Assembly: GCA_900546055.1 (NCBI GenBank)
Contig: URBG01000004.1
Location: 1-54,198, forward strand
Direction: 5' to 3'
From: an uncultured Mycoplasmatota bacterium
Lineage (GTDB): Bacteria > Bacillota_I > Bacilli_A > RF39 > UBA660
Length of the DNA: 54,198 bases
Made by a program: the position numbers and the translations under genes
Shown: in pieces, positions 8,629-18,096 of the stretch
Layout: the number at the start of each line of letters is the position of its first letter
How positions within the stretch are numbered: position 1 is the first letter of the stretch
Notes under the pieces: generated by a model
Databases searched by the model: none
What the model saw: the letters and a program-made list of their open reading frames with translations, nothing else
What the model was told of the DNA's origin: nothing

Positions 8629-11121
8629 CTACTTCCCACAGCAATGTTTATATTTTTTACCACTACCACAAGGGCATGGATCATTGCGTCCTATCTTACT
8701 AGTTCTTTTTGGCTGCTGTTTTTTCACCTTATTTGGATCCTCAACCGCCTTACCTTTTATTACCTGTTCTCTTTCTGTATTTTGTCTTACCTCTGCATGT
8801 AATAAGAAACGAGTAATGTCAATATCTATTGTATCAAGTAAACTATCAAACATTTCATAACCTTCAGCTGTATAAGCACGAAGTGGATTTTCTTGCGCAT
8901 ATCCTCTTAAATGAATACCTTCACGAAGTAAGCTCATTTCATTAATGTGATCCATCCAATGAGTGTCAATTACCTTAAGAGAAACTGCCTTTTCAAATTC
9001 ATCTCTAATTTCCTCAGGAATTTCTTTTATCTTCTCTTCATATTCTTTAACAACTTCTTCATGAATTGTTTGTGTTAGACTATCAGCATCAAGTTCATCT
9101 AACTCCCTAATTTCAAGCGGATCATGTAATAAATTTTGATTAACTGATTCTAAAATTTCACTAACATCTAACCCTGTTAATGTTCCATCTTCGTTAACGT
9201 GATCTTTTACAAATGCTTCGATATGATTATAGAAAGTTTGTAAAACATCCGGATGAATTGATTCACTATCTAGTATATGATTACGCTTATCATAAATAAT
9301 TCCTCTTTGATTATTTAATACATCGTCATATTCTAATAAAGTTTTACGAGTGTCAAAGTTATTACCCTCAACCCTCTTTTGCGCTGACTCAATTGATTTT
9401 GATAAAGATTTACTTCTAATATTCATCTCACCATCAAAGCCAACTTTTTGAAGCATTAATTTTGCTCGGTCAGTTCCAAATCGAACCATTAATTCATCTT
9501 CAAATGAAACACAGAATTGTGTCATTCCTGGATCACCTTGACGACCAGAACGGCCTCTAAGTTGGTTATCAATACGTCTAGACTCATGTCTCTCAGTACC
9601 TAAAACACATAACCCACCAAGTTCTTTAACACCTTCGCCTAATTTGATGTCAGTACCACGTCCAGCCATATTAGTGGCGATTGTAACAGCACCTTTTTCA
9701 CCAGCTTTAGCAATAATTTCAGCCTCACGAGCATTATTTTTAGCATTTAATACTTCGTGTGGAATACGTTCTTTTTTAAGCATTGAACTTAAAAGTTCAC
9801 TATTTTCAACTGCTATTGTACCAACTAATACTGGTTGTCCTTTGGCATGTCTTTCTTTAATTTCTTTAACAATAGCTGAAAACTTACCTTCGGCTGTTGC
9901 AAAAATTAAATCACCATAATCTTCACGAATAACTGGTTTATTAGTTGGAATTTGAATAACATACATGTTATAAATATCTCTAAACTCTTCTTCTTCGGTT
10001 TTTGCTGTACCAGTCATACCAGCAAGTTTTTTATACATTCTAAATAAATTTTGGAATGTAATAGTTGCTAAAGTTTTAGTCTCCTCATTGATTTCTACAC
10101 CTTCTTTAGCTTCAATTGCTTGGTGTAACCCTTCAGAAAAGCTTCTTCCCGGCATTAAGCGTCCAGTAAATTGGTCAACGATAATAATTTTTCCATCTTG
10201 AACGACATAATCAAAGTCTCTTTTCATACTATAATTGGCACGTAATGATTGATTAATAAAATGCACTAAAGTAGTATGTTCAATATCATATAAATTTTTT
10301 AAATTGAAATAACTTTCAGCCTTTTTAATTCCTTCAGCATCTAAAGAAACCGCTTTAGTTTTTTCATCATATATATATCCTTCATTCTCTGTTAAACCTT
10401 TAACAAATTTATCAGCTTGAATATATAGATTAGCAGATTTCATTCTACCGCCAGAAATAATTAATGGTGTTCTTGCTTCATCAATTAATACAGAATCCAC
10501 CTCGTCGATAATTACAAAATTAAGTGGTCGTTGAACTCTTTCTTCCGATTTAACAACCATGTTATCTCTTAAATAATCAAATCCGATTTCATTATTTGTC
10601 GAATACATGATATCGCAATTATAAGCATCTCTTTTTTCACTTTGCGAATAATCGCGATAATTGATACCAACAGTCAATCCTAAAAATTCGTAGATTTGTC
10701 CCATCCAACTAGCATCACGGCCAGCTAAATATTCATTAACTGTGATAATATGTACTCCATCACCAGTTAACGCATTAGCATAAGCTGGAAGTACTGAAGT
10801 CAAAGTTTTTCCTTCACCTGTTTTCATTTCGGCAATATTACCATAATGAATAGCCAAACCACCAATCAATTGGACATAGTATGGTTTTTCACCAATAACA
10901 CGATAAGCTGCTTCTCTTGCGACTGCAAAAGCCTCAACTAAAACATCTTCAACAGTTTCTCCTTCAGCTATACGATCCTGAAACTCTTTGGTTTTTGCCT
11001 TAAGTTTCTTATCAGAAAGCTCACTCATTTCACTATCTAATTCTTCAATCTTATCAGCTATATTTTTAAAACGTTCTAATTCTTTATATTCATGATCAAA
11101 TATTTTCTTTAAAAATTGCAT
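8629..11121 (-). CDS. secA: preprotein translocase ATPase SecA
   Basis: Full-length SecA motifs (MKTGEGKTL Walker A, DEVDS, TNMAGRGTDI) and a C-terminal CPCGSGKKYKHCCG zinc finger. Start set at the ATG at 11121 (MQFLKKIF) behind RBS AAAGGA, not at 11160. Confidence 0.95.
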   Translation of the reverse strand: MQFLKKIFDHEYKELERFKNIADKIEELDSEMSELSDKKLKAKTKEFQDRIAEGETVEDVLVEAFAVAREAAYRVIGEKPYYVQLIGGLAIHYGNIAEMKTGEGKTLTSVLPAYANALTGDGVHIITVNEYLAGRDASWMGQIYEFLGLTVGINYRDYSQSEKRDAYNCDIMYSTNNEIGFDYLRDNMVVKSEERVQRPLNFVIIDEVDSVLIDEARTPLIISGGRMKSANLYIQADKFVKGLTENEGYIYDEKTKAVSLDAEGIKKAESYFNLKNLYDIEHTTLVHFINQSLRANYSMKRDFDYVVQDGKIIIVDQFTGRLMPGRSFSEGLHQAIEAKEGVEINEETKTLATITFQNLFRMYKKLAGMTGTAKTEEEEFRDIYNMYVIQIPTNKPVIREDYGDLIFATAEGKFSAIVKEIKERHAKGQPVLVGTIAVENSELLSSMLKKERIPHEVLNAKNNAREAEIIAKAGEKGAVTIATNMAGRGTDIKLGEGVKELGGLCVLGTERHESRRIDNQLRGRSGRQGDPGMTQFCVSFEDELMVRFGTDRAKLMLQKVGFDGEMNIRSKSLSKSIESAQKRVEGNNFDTRKTLLEYDDVLNNQRGIIYDKRNHILDSESIHPDVLQTFYNHIEAFVKDHVNEDGTLTGLDVSEILESVNQNLLHDPLEIRELDELDADSLTQTIHEEVVKEYEEKIKEIPEEIRDEFEKAVSLKVIDTHWMDHINEMSLLREGIHLRGYAQENPLRAYTAEGYEMFDSLLDTIDIDITRFLLHAEVRQNTEREQVIKGKAVEDPNKVKKQQPKRTSKIGRNDPCPCGSGKKYKHCCGK

Positions 11122-11208
11122 ATTAGTCATCCTTTCAATGTCTATATAGTATTTTATCAAAAATTCCTTAAAAATAACAGTACTTAAAAGAAAAAAAGAC
11201 CAAAAGTC

Positions 11209-11742
11209 TTATTTTTCTTTAATTAAACCATAGTTGCCATCTTTACGTTTATAAACAACTTCGATTTCACCGTTCTTCGCATTTCTAAAGACAAAGAAAT
11301 CATGGTCGATTAAATTCATTTGTAAAATAGCTTCTTCATCACTCATTGGTTTTAATTCTATATCCTTGCGTTTAACAATTTTTGTCGTATCTTTTTCTTC
11401 CTTTTCGATATCAAAATCAATTGCTAAACCAACGATTTTATCCTTATTGGCTTTTTTACTCATACGAGTTTTATTTTTTCTAATCTGTCTTTCTAGTTTA
11501 TCTAAAACTAAATCAATAGCTGCAAATGGATCTTTATTAGCTTCCTCAGCACGTAAGATCATTCTTTTAGCCGGGATGGTTACTTCAACTACTTGCATTG
11601 GACCATCAGGTCTAATGACTACAGTGGCCACAAATTGTTCTGGAGTCTCAAAATACTTATCAAGCTTTCCAAGTTTAGTTTCCACATAGTTTTTAATATC
11701 CTCTGTGATTTTAAATTTCTTTCCACGAATTTTGTATTCCAT
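11209..11742 (-). CDS. hpf: ribosome hibernation promoting factor (long form)
   Basis: N-terminal sigma-54-modulation/YfiA fold pattern (ITEDIKNYVETKLGKLDKYF) plus a C-terminal dimerisation domain. RBS GGAGGA lies before the ATG at 11742. Confidence 0.9.
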   Translation of the reverse strand: MEYKIRGKKFKITEDIKNYVETKLGKLDKYFETPEQFVATVVIRPDGPMQVVEVTIPAKRMILRAEEANKDPFAAIDLVLDKLERQIRKNKTRMSKKANKDKIVGLAIDFDIEKEEKDTTKIVKRKDIELKPMSDEEAILQMNLIDHDFFVFRNAKNGEIEVVYKRKDGNYGLIKEK

Positions 11743-11821
11743 AATATCATCCTCCACTTATATTATATCACATTTAATAATAAATTAATATAGTAAAACT
11801 ATGTGATATCATGGGAAGATA

Positions 11822-12454
11822 TCACAATTTATTAATATATCCCCCGTCAAATTCTAAAATTATATCCGCTAGTCCTTCAATATCTTCTTTCATGTGAGAA
11901 GCAATTATAATTATTTTGCCCTTTGATTTTTCAGCTCTCAAGACTTTTCTTAACTTTTGAGCAGTTTCTTTTTCTATTCCATTAAACGGTTCATCTAAAA
12001 TCATTACTTTAGGATCTTCCATTAACACTTGCGCAACCCCAAGTTTCTGTTTCATTCCCAAAGAATAAGTACTGTATTTTTTATTCATATCATCTTCTAA
12101 ATTAACCAATTTCAAAGTATTAATTATATCTTCCTCAGTTACCTTATTTTGAATTGCTGCTAACAACTTTAGGTTTTCTAAACCCGTTAAATTAGGTAAA
12201 AACGATGGTGCCTCAATTAATGCCCTAGTATCTTTTGGATACGTTTTTTCTTTAAATATATCAGTGTCATCATATAACACAACTCCTGTAGTAGGCTCAT
12301 AAAAATTACACATTATCTTGAGTAAAACACTTTTACCACTTCCATTGCGTCCAATTAAACCATATATCTTTCCTTCCTGAAACTCAAAATTGATTTTTTT
12401 AAGTATTTTTATTTTATTAAATTCTTTAGATATATTATTTAAAATTATTTTCAT
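11822..12454 (-). CDS. ABC transporter ATP-binding protein (short, bacteriocin-immunity-like)
   Basis: Walker A GRNGSGKS, signature YSLGMKQK and Walker B ILDEP. 4-nt overlap with the upstream permease gene. Confidence 0.85.
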   Translation of the reverse strand: MKIILNNISKEFNKIKILKKINFEFQEGKIYGLIGRNGSGKSVLLKIMCNFYEPTTGVVLYDDTDIFKEKTYPKDTRALIEAPSFLPNLTGLENLKLLAAIQNKVTEEDIINTLKLVNLEDDMNKKYSTYSLGMKQKLGVAQVLMEDPKVMILDEPFNGIEKETAQKLRKVLRAEKSKGKIIIIASHMKEDIEGLADIILEFDGGYINKL

Positions 12455-13878
12455 TTTATTACCTCACTTTCAAATAATTTATGAATTTTTCCCCTAAAAA
12501 ACACCATGCTACCAAACAAAATTATTATCAGTACAAATATTAACCCTAATAGCCATTGCCTCAAATCGACGATACAGACTAAATTCAAATAAATAACCAT
12601 CACTGCTAAAATAGCAATCAAAACTTTAATCCAAATTTTACAATAAATAAATAACAAAGCAAAACACTCGATAATTATTAAAACAATTAAATTAGTAAAA
12701 TAAATACTAATAATATATTGCGATATCTCACCAAAGAAATTAAATAATAAGTACACAACTAAATAACAAATCGATAAAATTACCGCAAATTGAATTATCA
12801 TAGAACAAAATTTCATCAACACCCATTTAAAAGATTTTATTCTTAAAAATATATTACTTTTATTTTTAGATAAATCTTTGATAAAAAGGCTGGTACCAAT
12901 TAATATAAACACTAAAATGTTAAGAAAAAACGTTACCATATTTAAAAAATTATTCTCAATACCCGCATTCAATCCCAAAACCACATAAAATCCATCATCG
13001 TAATTTAAAACATATATTTTTAATATTGAAAAAACAACCAGATATATAAAATAAACTATTAATAATAATTTTTGAAATTTAACCGTATAGCTAAAATCAT
13101 TAAATATTAAATACTTTAAACTATAAAAATCATTTTTTCTAATTTTCGTATTAATAATAGCCTGTATCAGTACTACCAACATTACTATAAAAACAATAGA
13201 ACATAAAATTTCCGTTAAAAATGTAGAAAAAGAAATCAATTGAAAATATTCACCAATAAATAATGGTAAACCCAAAACTGAATTACGAACATCACTTATA
13301 GGAACATATGGTTGAACAAAAAGGATTCCATAAAACAAAATATTCAAAAATATTATTATTTTTGATGAAATTTTATCTAATAACAATCCGTTAAAAATAG
13401 AAATTATAATTAAAAGTATATAAAACCTAACGATATAAAATAACAAATAAACTAAATTAGGAATTTTATAAAACAAATATGTTTGAGTAAAACCCAAATC
13501 CGCAGCACATACTAAATTTAATCCAATTAAATTAATAACAAGTACTATAATAAATACAAAAGTATTAATATATACAATATTTTTAAGTAATTCGACCAAT
13601 CGCTCGCGTTTAGAATTTAATCTTATTGACAAAAAATAATTATTATTGAAAATTTTATAAACGGTTGTGGTCGTCACTAACAACGGAAGTAAAAAAGCAC
13701 ATACTATAAACGGTTGTATACTAACAATATCTAATAACGCCATTGAATATGATTTGTTAATTCCATAATTTGCAATTCCATAAAACATAAGTAATATTGA
13801 CAAAATTAAAATAATCTTAAATTCCCAAGCATCTACATATTCCCTCAATAACTCTTTCCTAAACTGCTTTTTCACCAT
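12451..13878 (-). CDS. polytopic membrane protein (putative ABC permease component)
   Basis: 475 aa, highly hydrophobic with many TM helices. Operon position is between another membrane protein and the ABC ATPase. Confidence 0.6.
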   Translation of the reverse strand: MVKKQFRKELLREYVDAWEFKIILILSILLMFYGIANYGINKSYSMALLDIVSIQPFIVCAFLLPLLVTTTTVYKIFNNNYFLSIRLNSKRERLVELLKNIVYINTFVFIIVLVINLIGLNLVCAADLGFTQTYLFYKIPNLVYLLFYIVRFYILLIIISIFNGLLLDKISSKIIIFLNILFYGILFVQPYVPISDVRNSVLGLPLFIGEYFQLISFSTFLTEILCSIVFIVMLVVLIQAIINTKIRKNDFYSLKYLIFNDFSYTVKFQKLLLIVYFIYLVVFSILKIYVLNYDDGFYVVLGLNAGIENNFLNMVTFFLNILVFILIGTSLFIKDLSKNKSNIFLRIKSFKWVLMKFCSMIIQFAVILSICYLVVYLLFNFFGEISQYIISIYFTNLIVLIIIECFALLFIYCKIWIKVLIAILAVMVIYLNLVCIVDLRQWLLGLIFVLIIILFGSMVFFRGKIHKLFESEVIK

Positions 13879-14740
13879 TTAATACAACCCTTTCCTTAAC
13901 TCTGACCGACAAATATACACAAATGCCTGATACAATAGCTAATATAACTGCGTAACAAAGTTCAAAGGACAAACTTATTACATGATCATAAGTCCAAAAG
14001 GCTCCCATTGACAAAGAATTTGTCGCATATTCAATATTGAAAAAAGACTGCAAACCAAGACCAATAATAGCTTCTGAAAAAATCCAAATCATCCAAAAAC
14101 CAATGTATGAACCAAGTATTGCCGATATAATATGGCTGCATCGAACCGTTGCAACATAAGAAATATTAACAATAAATAAATTTATCAAAAACAAATTCAA
14201 TACGTATATTATGGCAAAAGTTCCCATACTATTCAAATATTCTTGGGCGATAATAGCCGTTTCCTCACTAGGGATTATAAGATTACCACCTGATATAACA
14301 TATGAACCTACAAACAAAACTAAAAGAAAACTAGGTAATATAATTGTACTTTTTAGCGACGACAAATAGGTTTTTAAAATATATTTTTTATATGATATAC
14401 GAGTCAATATATTTTTCATATATCCTTTTTTTAACTCATTATAAATAGCACATATTGTAGACAAAATTATAAATAATGGATATAAATAAAAAACAAAAAT
14501 TCTTAAAGGGTAATCGACCATTAACTGAAAAAATATTGATATTGTATCAGGAATTACTGCCACTTTAAAAAAAGAACACATTTCATTAGAATCAATTTTA
14601 CAATTTTCTATGGCTTTAATAGATGCATTCTTTATAATATTAAAATCATATAAATACATAAAGCAAGTAACAATTACCCATATTATTATTAATATTAAAA
14701 TCATTAGTAATATTTTATTTCTTTTAAAAAATATTTTCAT
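13859..14740 (-). CDS. polytopic membrane protein (ABC-2-like permease component)
   Basis: 293 aa with a multi-TM pattern; RBS GGGGAAAGGGAAG; overlaps the next gene. Confidence 0.6.
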   Translation of the reverse strand: MKIFFKRNKILLMILILIIIWVIVTCFMYLYDFNIIKNASIKAIENCKIDSNEMCSFFKVAVIPDTISIFFQLMVDYPLRIFVFYLYPLFIILSTICAIYNELKKGYMKNILTRISYKKYILKTYLSSLKSTIILPSFLLVLFVGSYVISGGNLIIPSEETAIIAQEYLNSMGTFAIIYVLNLFLINLFIVNISYVATVRCSHIISAILGSYIGFWMIWIFSEAIIGLGLQSFFNIEYATNSLSMGAFWTYDHVISLSFELCYAVILAIVSGICVYLSVRVKERVVLNGEKAV

Positions 14741-14802
14741 ATACTTCTTCCCTTTCCCCTATATTATAAATGATTATAATACAAGATTATTAAAGCGATA
14801 AG

Positions 14803-14815
14803 GTCGAAATATGTT
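14803..14815. repeat. left arm of a 13-bp perfect inverted repeat (GTCGAAATATGTT)
   Basis: Exact reverse complement of 15266..15278. Lies 21 nt downstream of the stop codon of the secreted-protein gene. Confidence 0.8.
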
Positions 14816-14835
14816 AATCTTATTTCAACAAACTA

Positions 14836-15252
14836 CTAACAAATACTACTTTTTAAATATTCATCTAGTATCCAAGTACCAGTAAATGAGGTACTTGATG
14901 AATAACTAGAGGTCGTTTGTAATTTTAATTTCCATTTCCCAGGCGCCGTCCCAACACTATCACTACCTGTTACTTGTTTACAACTTCCTTTAGAAAGAGT
15001 ATACCATGCACCATGATCGCTATTACTAGCAGCATTGACTTGTGCCCTTACTCCTCTATTTGGAGTAGTTCCAGTATATTTTACAAATTGATTACTATAT
15101 GTATTCTTTTTTACCGCTGTACTGGTGTAATTACTTTGACTCTTTGGTATAGTAATACCGATTAATCCTAAATATTCATCAGCCTGTACACCAATACATG
15201 CCACCGCAATAGATAAAACAAAAGTTGCCATTATTACTTTTATTTTTTTCAT
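14836..15252 (-). CDS. small secreted protein of unknown function
   Basis: Sec signal peptide (MKKIKVIMATFVLSIAVACIGVQA/DE). The mature part is about 112 aa, Ser/Thr/Gly-rich, with 2 Cys including the C-terminal residue. RBS GGAGGAGG lies before the ATG at 15252. Confidence 0.65.
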   Translation of the reverse strand: MKKIKVIMATFVLSIAVACIGVQADEYLGLIGITIPKSQSNYTSTAVKKNTYSNQFVKYTGTTPNRGVRAQVNAASNSDHGAWYTLSKGSCKQVTGSDSVGTAPGKWKLKLQTTSSYSSSTSFTGTWILDEYLKSSIC

Positions 15253-15265
15253 ATATTCCTCCTCC

Positions 15266-15278
15266 AACATATTTCGAC
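15266..15278. repeat. right arm of the 13-bp perfect inverted repeat (AACATATTTCGAC)
   Basis: Exact reverse complement of 14803..14815. Abuts the Shine-Dalgarno sequence of the secreted-protein gene. Confidence 0.8.
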
Positions 15279-15400
15279 AATTATCAATTACAAAATAACT
15301 TATATATTAAAGCAAAATAAAAAATATACTTAAAAAAAGTATATTTTTGTATGAAAAAATAAATAAGTATGCTAATGCGCTAATTCCACGCATAAAAAAA

Positions 15401-15613
15401 CTACACAAGGGCAGTTTTGATCTCGACAACATTTTTAGCTTGAAGTCCTTTATCAGTTCTAACTAATTCAAACTCGACATATTGGCCTTCCACTAGTGTT
15501 TTGTAGCCTTCTGTAAGAATTGCTGAATAATGAACAAAAATATCTTCTTGATCATTGTATTCGATAAATCCAAAGCCTTTTTCATTGTTAAACCATTTGA
15601 CTTTACCTCTCAC
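15401..15613 (-). CDS. cold-shock protein (CspA family)
   Basis: [15 protein letters not shown] (RNP1) and DIFVHYS (RNP2) motifs. GTG start behind RBS AAGGGAG. Confidence 0.9.
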   Translation of the reverse strand: MRGKVKWFNNEKGFGFIEYNDQEDIFVHYSAILTEGYKTLVEGQYVEFELVRTDKGLQAKNVVEIKTALV

Positions 15614-15938
15614 TCTTACATCTCCCTTCTAGTAAATTCTTTACAATATCAATATACCGCGTTCGGCCTTGTTTTTCAACAAAAACGAACCTACAAATAT
15701 CGACATTGTTTGCTGTCACTTATGTGTGGTGACAGTTTGTATTCTACTAGAAATTTAACCCGAATAACCATTTTCTGCATAAATGGTCAAAAATAATGTT
15801 TAAATGACAAATTGTGTTATCAATTGTTATATTACCTTGTCTATTGGAACATATTTTCCGATTAGTCAGGACATTTTCAAACTTAACCACCTATATAAGT
15901 GATAATATGAAAACGTCAAATAGAAAGCAGTTGGTTTT

Positions 15939-16550
15939 ATGAAAGAATTAGTTATAGGTAGTTCACTATGCTTAATAAAAAAATACTGTCCCGAATATGA
16001 TGAAATCAAGTTAGAAGAAATCAAATACGGACTATCTAGCTTATATCTTACAATTACAAAAACCATTGTTATTTGTGCGATTGCATTTATACTGGGTTAT
16101 ATTAAAGAACTGTTAATTTTTACAGTAATTTATAATGTAATTAGAATGCCATCATTTGGGCTACACGCTACTACAAGTCTTAGCTGTTTGATTAGCTCAA
16201 CCATTCTGTTTATAGGAATTCCATATTTATGCACTTTAATAAGTATACCAATTTGGATGAAATTAATTCTCGGTACAATAGGGGTGTTATTAATATATAA
16301 AAATAGCCCTGCTGATACCGAAAAAAGACCTATAGTTAATCCTAAAAGAAGGAAAATCTATAAGTTATTATCCACAGTAGTTGCAATTATATTTGTAACG
16401 TTATCAATCACAATTCAAAATGATTTTACTTCAAATTGCTTTACCATGGCACTAATACTACAATGCTTTATTGTATCCCCAACTATTTATAAACTATTTG
16501 GCTTACCGTATGACAACTATAAGAACTACAGCCATACGGTTCTAAATTAA
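15939..16550 (+). CDS. agrB: AgrB-family accessory gene regulator protein (AIP-processing membrane peptidase)
   Basis: 203 aa, polytopic. RMPSFGLHATTSLSC carries the conserved His and a Cys 7 residues later, the spacing I recall for S. aureus AgrB (H77/C84). Followed directly by an AgrD-like ORF. Confidence 0.85.
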   Translation: MKELVIGSSLCLIKKYCPEYDEIKLEEIKYGLSSLYLTITKTIVICAIAFILGYIKELLIFTVIYNVIRMPSFGLHATTSLSCLISSTILFIGIPYLCTLISIPIWMKLILGTIGVLLIYKNSPADTEKRPIVNPKRRKIYKLLSTVVAIIFVTLSITIQNDFTSNCFTMALILQCFIVSPTIYKLFGLPYDNYKNYSHTVLN

Positions 16551-16597
16551 GGTTTAACTTTAGTTTAAACATAAATAGGGAGAAAGGAGATATAAGT

Positions 16598-16717
16598 ATG
16601 AATTTCTTTGCAGAAGCATTAGCATCAATTGGGTCATTCTTCGCAAGTGTTGGAAGCACAGCTTGTTTCGTAGTTTTTCTTGATGAAGAAAAAACTCCAC
16701 AAAGCCTAATTAAATAA
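16598..16717 (+). CDS. agrD: AgrD-like autoinducing peptide precursor (39 aa; not in the ORF track)
   Basis: My translation is MNFFAEALASIGSFFASVGSTACFVVFLDEEKTPQSLIK. It has an amphipathic leader, a Cys followed by four hydrophobic residues (CFVVF), then an acidic LDEE..P tail. RBS AGGGAGAAAGGAGA lies upstream, 47 nt after agrB. Confidence 0.8.
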   Translation: MNFFAEALASIGSFFASVGSTACFVVFLDEEKTPQSLIK

Positions 16718-16727
16718 TTAATACAAA

Positions 16728-16762
16728 TAAAATAGCCAAGCTAAAAGCTTGGCTATTTTATT
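16728..16762. terminator. bidirectional rho-independent terminator between agrD and the kinase gene
   Basis: ATAGCCAAGC-TAAAA-GCTTGGCTAT 10-bp stem flanked by A- and T-runs. Confidence 0.8.
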
Positions 16763-16784
16763 TAAATATATCTTAAAATTATAT

Positions 16785-18095
16785 CTACATCTTAATCTTT
16801 AACATCTGAGTAAAATAGTTTTTATTTATGGATTTTTCATTTATTAAAGCTTTATCACACTTTAAAATATCATTAACTAAAGATAACCCATATCCATGCC
16901 CGTCTCCCTTTGTTGTATAACGAGTAGCTTCAATTTCATTAATATCTAAACTACCATCATAATTATTCGAAATATCGATGCATAAACAACTATCCATAAC
17001 AAATAATTCTACAACAATCTCTTTCTTGTCAAGTTTCTCTACTGCCTCTATTGCATTATCCAAAAATACACCAATAATTTTACAAACATCAAGTATTATA
17101 TTTTCTCCTAAATTAATTAAATCTACAGTTCTTACATCGTTTGCTATATCTAATGTATAATTTATACCTAATTCATCCATTTTACATACCTTGGAATAAA
17201 TTGTTGCTCTTAATCCTCCTTCAGGAATTTTTGACGTTTTATAAAAGATATTCTCGTTATCTTTTATTTTATTATCTATAAGATTATCAATATAGTTAGG
17301 AACCGTTTTATCGTCTGTTTTAACCATATTCCTTATAGTCAAAAGTTGATTCTTATTCTCATGATTTGCTATTCTATACTTGTCCATTATATCTTCATAT
17401 TCCTTTAAACTAGAAATGCTAGTTTCATATTTACTATTAATTTTTCTATAATTTTCTTGAATATTAGCTAATTTTAAAATAATAATTACATAGAAAAACC
17501 CTAGAACTGTATTAGATATTAATACTACCATTTTAGGTAAATCCATATATGTCATAAGAAAAAAGACACTTATTAAAATTAATGTAGCTATAAAATAAAT
17601 AATTAAATTACTTTGTTTCATATTGTTAAACGTTTTATACAAATAATCATATAATCTAAATGGTATTTTCGTCTTAAAAAAAACAAAAAGTAAAATTGGG
17701 ACTCCAAGACTAATTAATAAAGTACCATTGAAACTATTTAATATGTTTTCTGCATTATTACCAACAAATAAAAATGCTACTATTGCAACTAACAACTCAG
17801 AAAATATAGCCATAAACTCTGTTACTATTACTATAAGTAATGACTTTGATGAGTTCTTGCAAAAAAAGAAATAATTAATTATAAACATCAGCAATACCAT
17901 TAAAATTAATTTTAATGCAAAAGGCAAATAAAAATTAATAACGCAACCACAAACAGTGCCTATAATTAATGACAAATAAACTTTATAGTCTTTCAAATTT
18001 ACGTTTTTTCCCATAAGCAAATGCCAAGCATAAATTATGACTATAAAAAGAAAAAATCCTCCCACTGCATACACACCCATTATTTTTAAATCCAT
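16785..18095 (-). CDS. AgrC-like sensor histidine kinase (HPK10, GHKL ATPase)
   Basis: N-terminal half has about 6 TM helices. The C-terminal half has ..NAIEA.., ISNNYDG and TKGDGHGYGLSLV ATP-lid motifs typical of AgrC/ComD kinases. Confidence 0.8.
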   Translation of the reverse strand: MDLKIMGVYAVGGFFLFIVIIYAWHLLMGKNVNLKDYKVYLSLIIGTVCGCVINFYLPFALKLILMVLLMFIINYFFFCKNSSKSLLIVIVTEFMAIFSELLVAIVAFLFVGNNAENILNSFNGTLLISLGVPILLFVFFKTKIPFRLYDYLYKTFNNMKQSNLIIYFIATLILISVFFLMTYMDLPKMVVLISNTVLGFFYVIIILKLANIQENYRKINSKYETSISSLKEYEDIMDKYRIANHENKNQLLTIRNMVKTDDKTVPNYIDNLIDNKIKDNENIFYKTSKIPEGGLRATIYSKVCKMDELGINYTLDIANDVRTVDLINLGENIILDVCKIIGVFLDNAIEAVEKLDKKEIVVELFVMDSCLCIDISNNYDGSLDINEIEATRYTTKGDGHGYGLSLVNDILKCDKALINEKSINKNYFTQMLKIKM

Positions 18096-18096
18096 T

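Noticed and set aside
9644-9919. Plus-strand ORFs lying antisense inside long minus-strand genes. These include 983..1195, 9644..9919, 11366..11689, 21423..21632, 26842..27138, 36629..36910, 37193..37562, 39183..39902, 40248..40784 and 49394..50096. The same applies to same-strand out-of-frame ORFs such as 19261..19461, 27850..28041 and 43928..44191.
   Set aside because: They overlap genes with clear family signatures. They have odd low-complexity composition (Ser/Leu/Phe/Ile-rich shadows of AT-rich codons) and no RBS. I treat them as frame shadows.
15340-15370. AT-only palindrome AAAATATACTT-N7-AAGTATATTTT upstream of the secreted-protein gene as a regulatory site
   Set aside because: It is a perfect 11-bp arm but composed almost entirely of A/T in a very AT-rich spacer just downstream of csp. 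It is most simply a weak csp terminator, so I did not list it as a separate feature.
15790-15938. Canonical AgrA-type LytTR boxes (9-bp direct repeats with 12-bp spacer) upstream of agrB
   Set aside because: Only short AT-rich near-repeats (ATTGTGTTAT / ATTGTTAT) with the wrong spacing are visible. This is not distinguishable from background.
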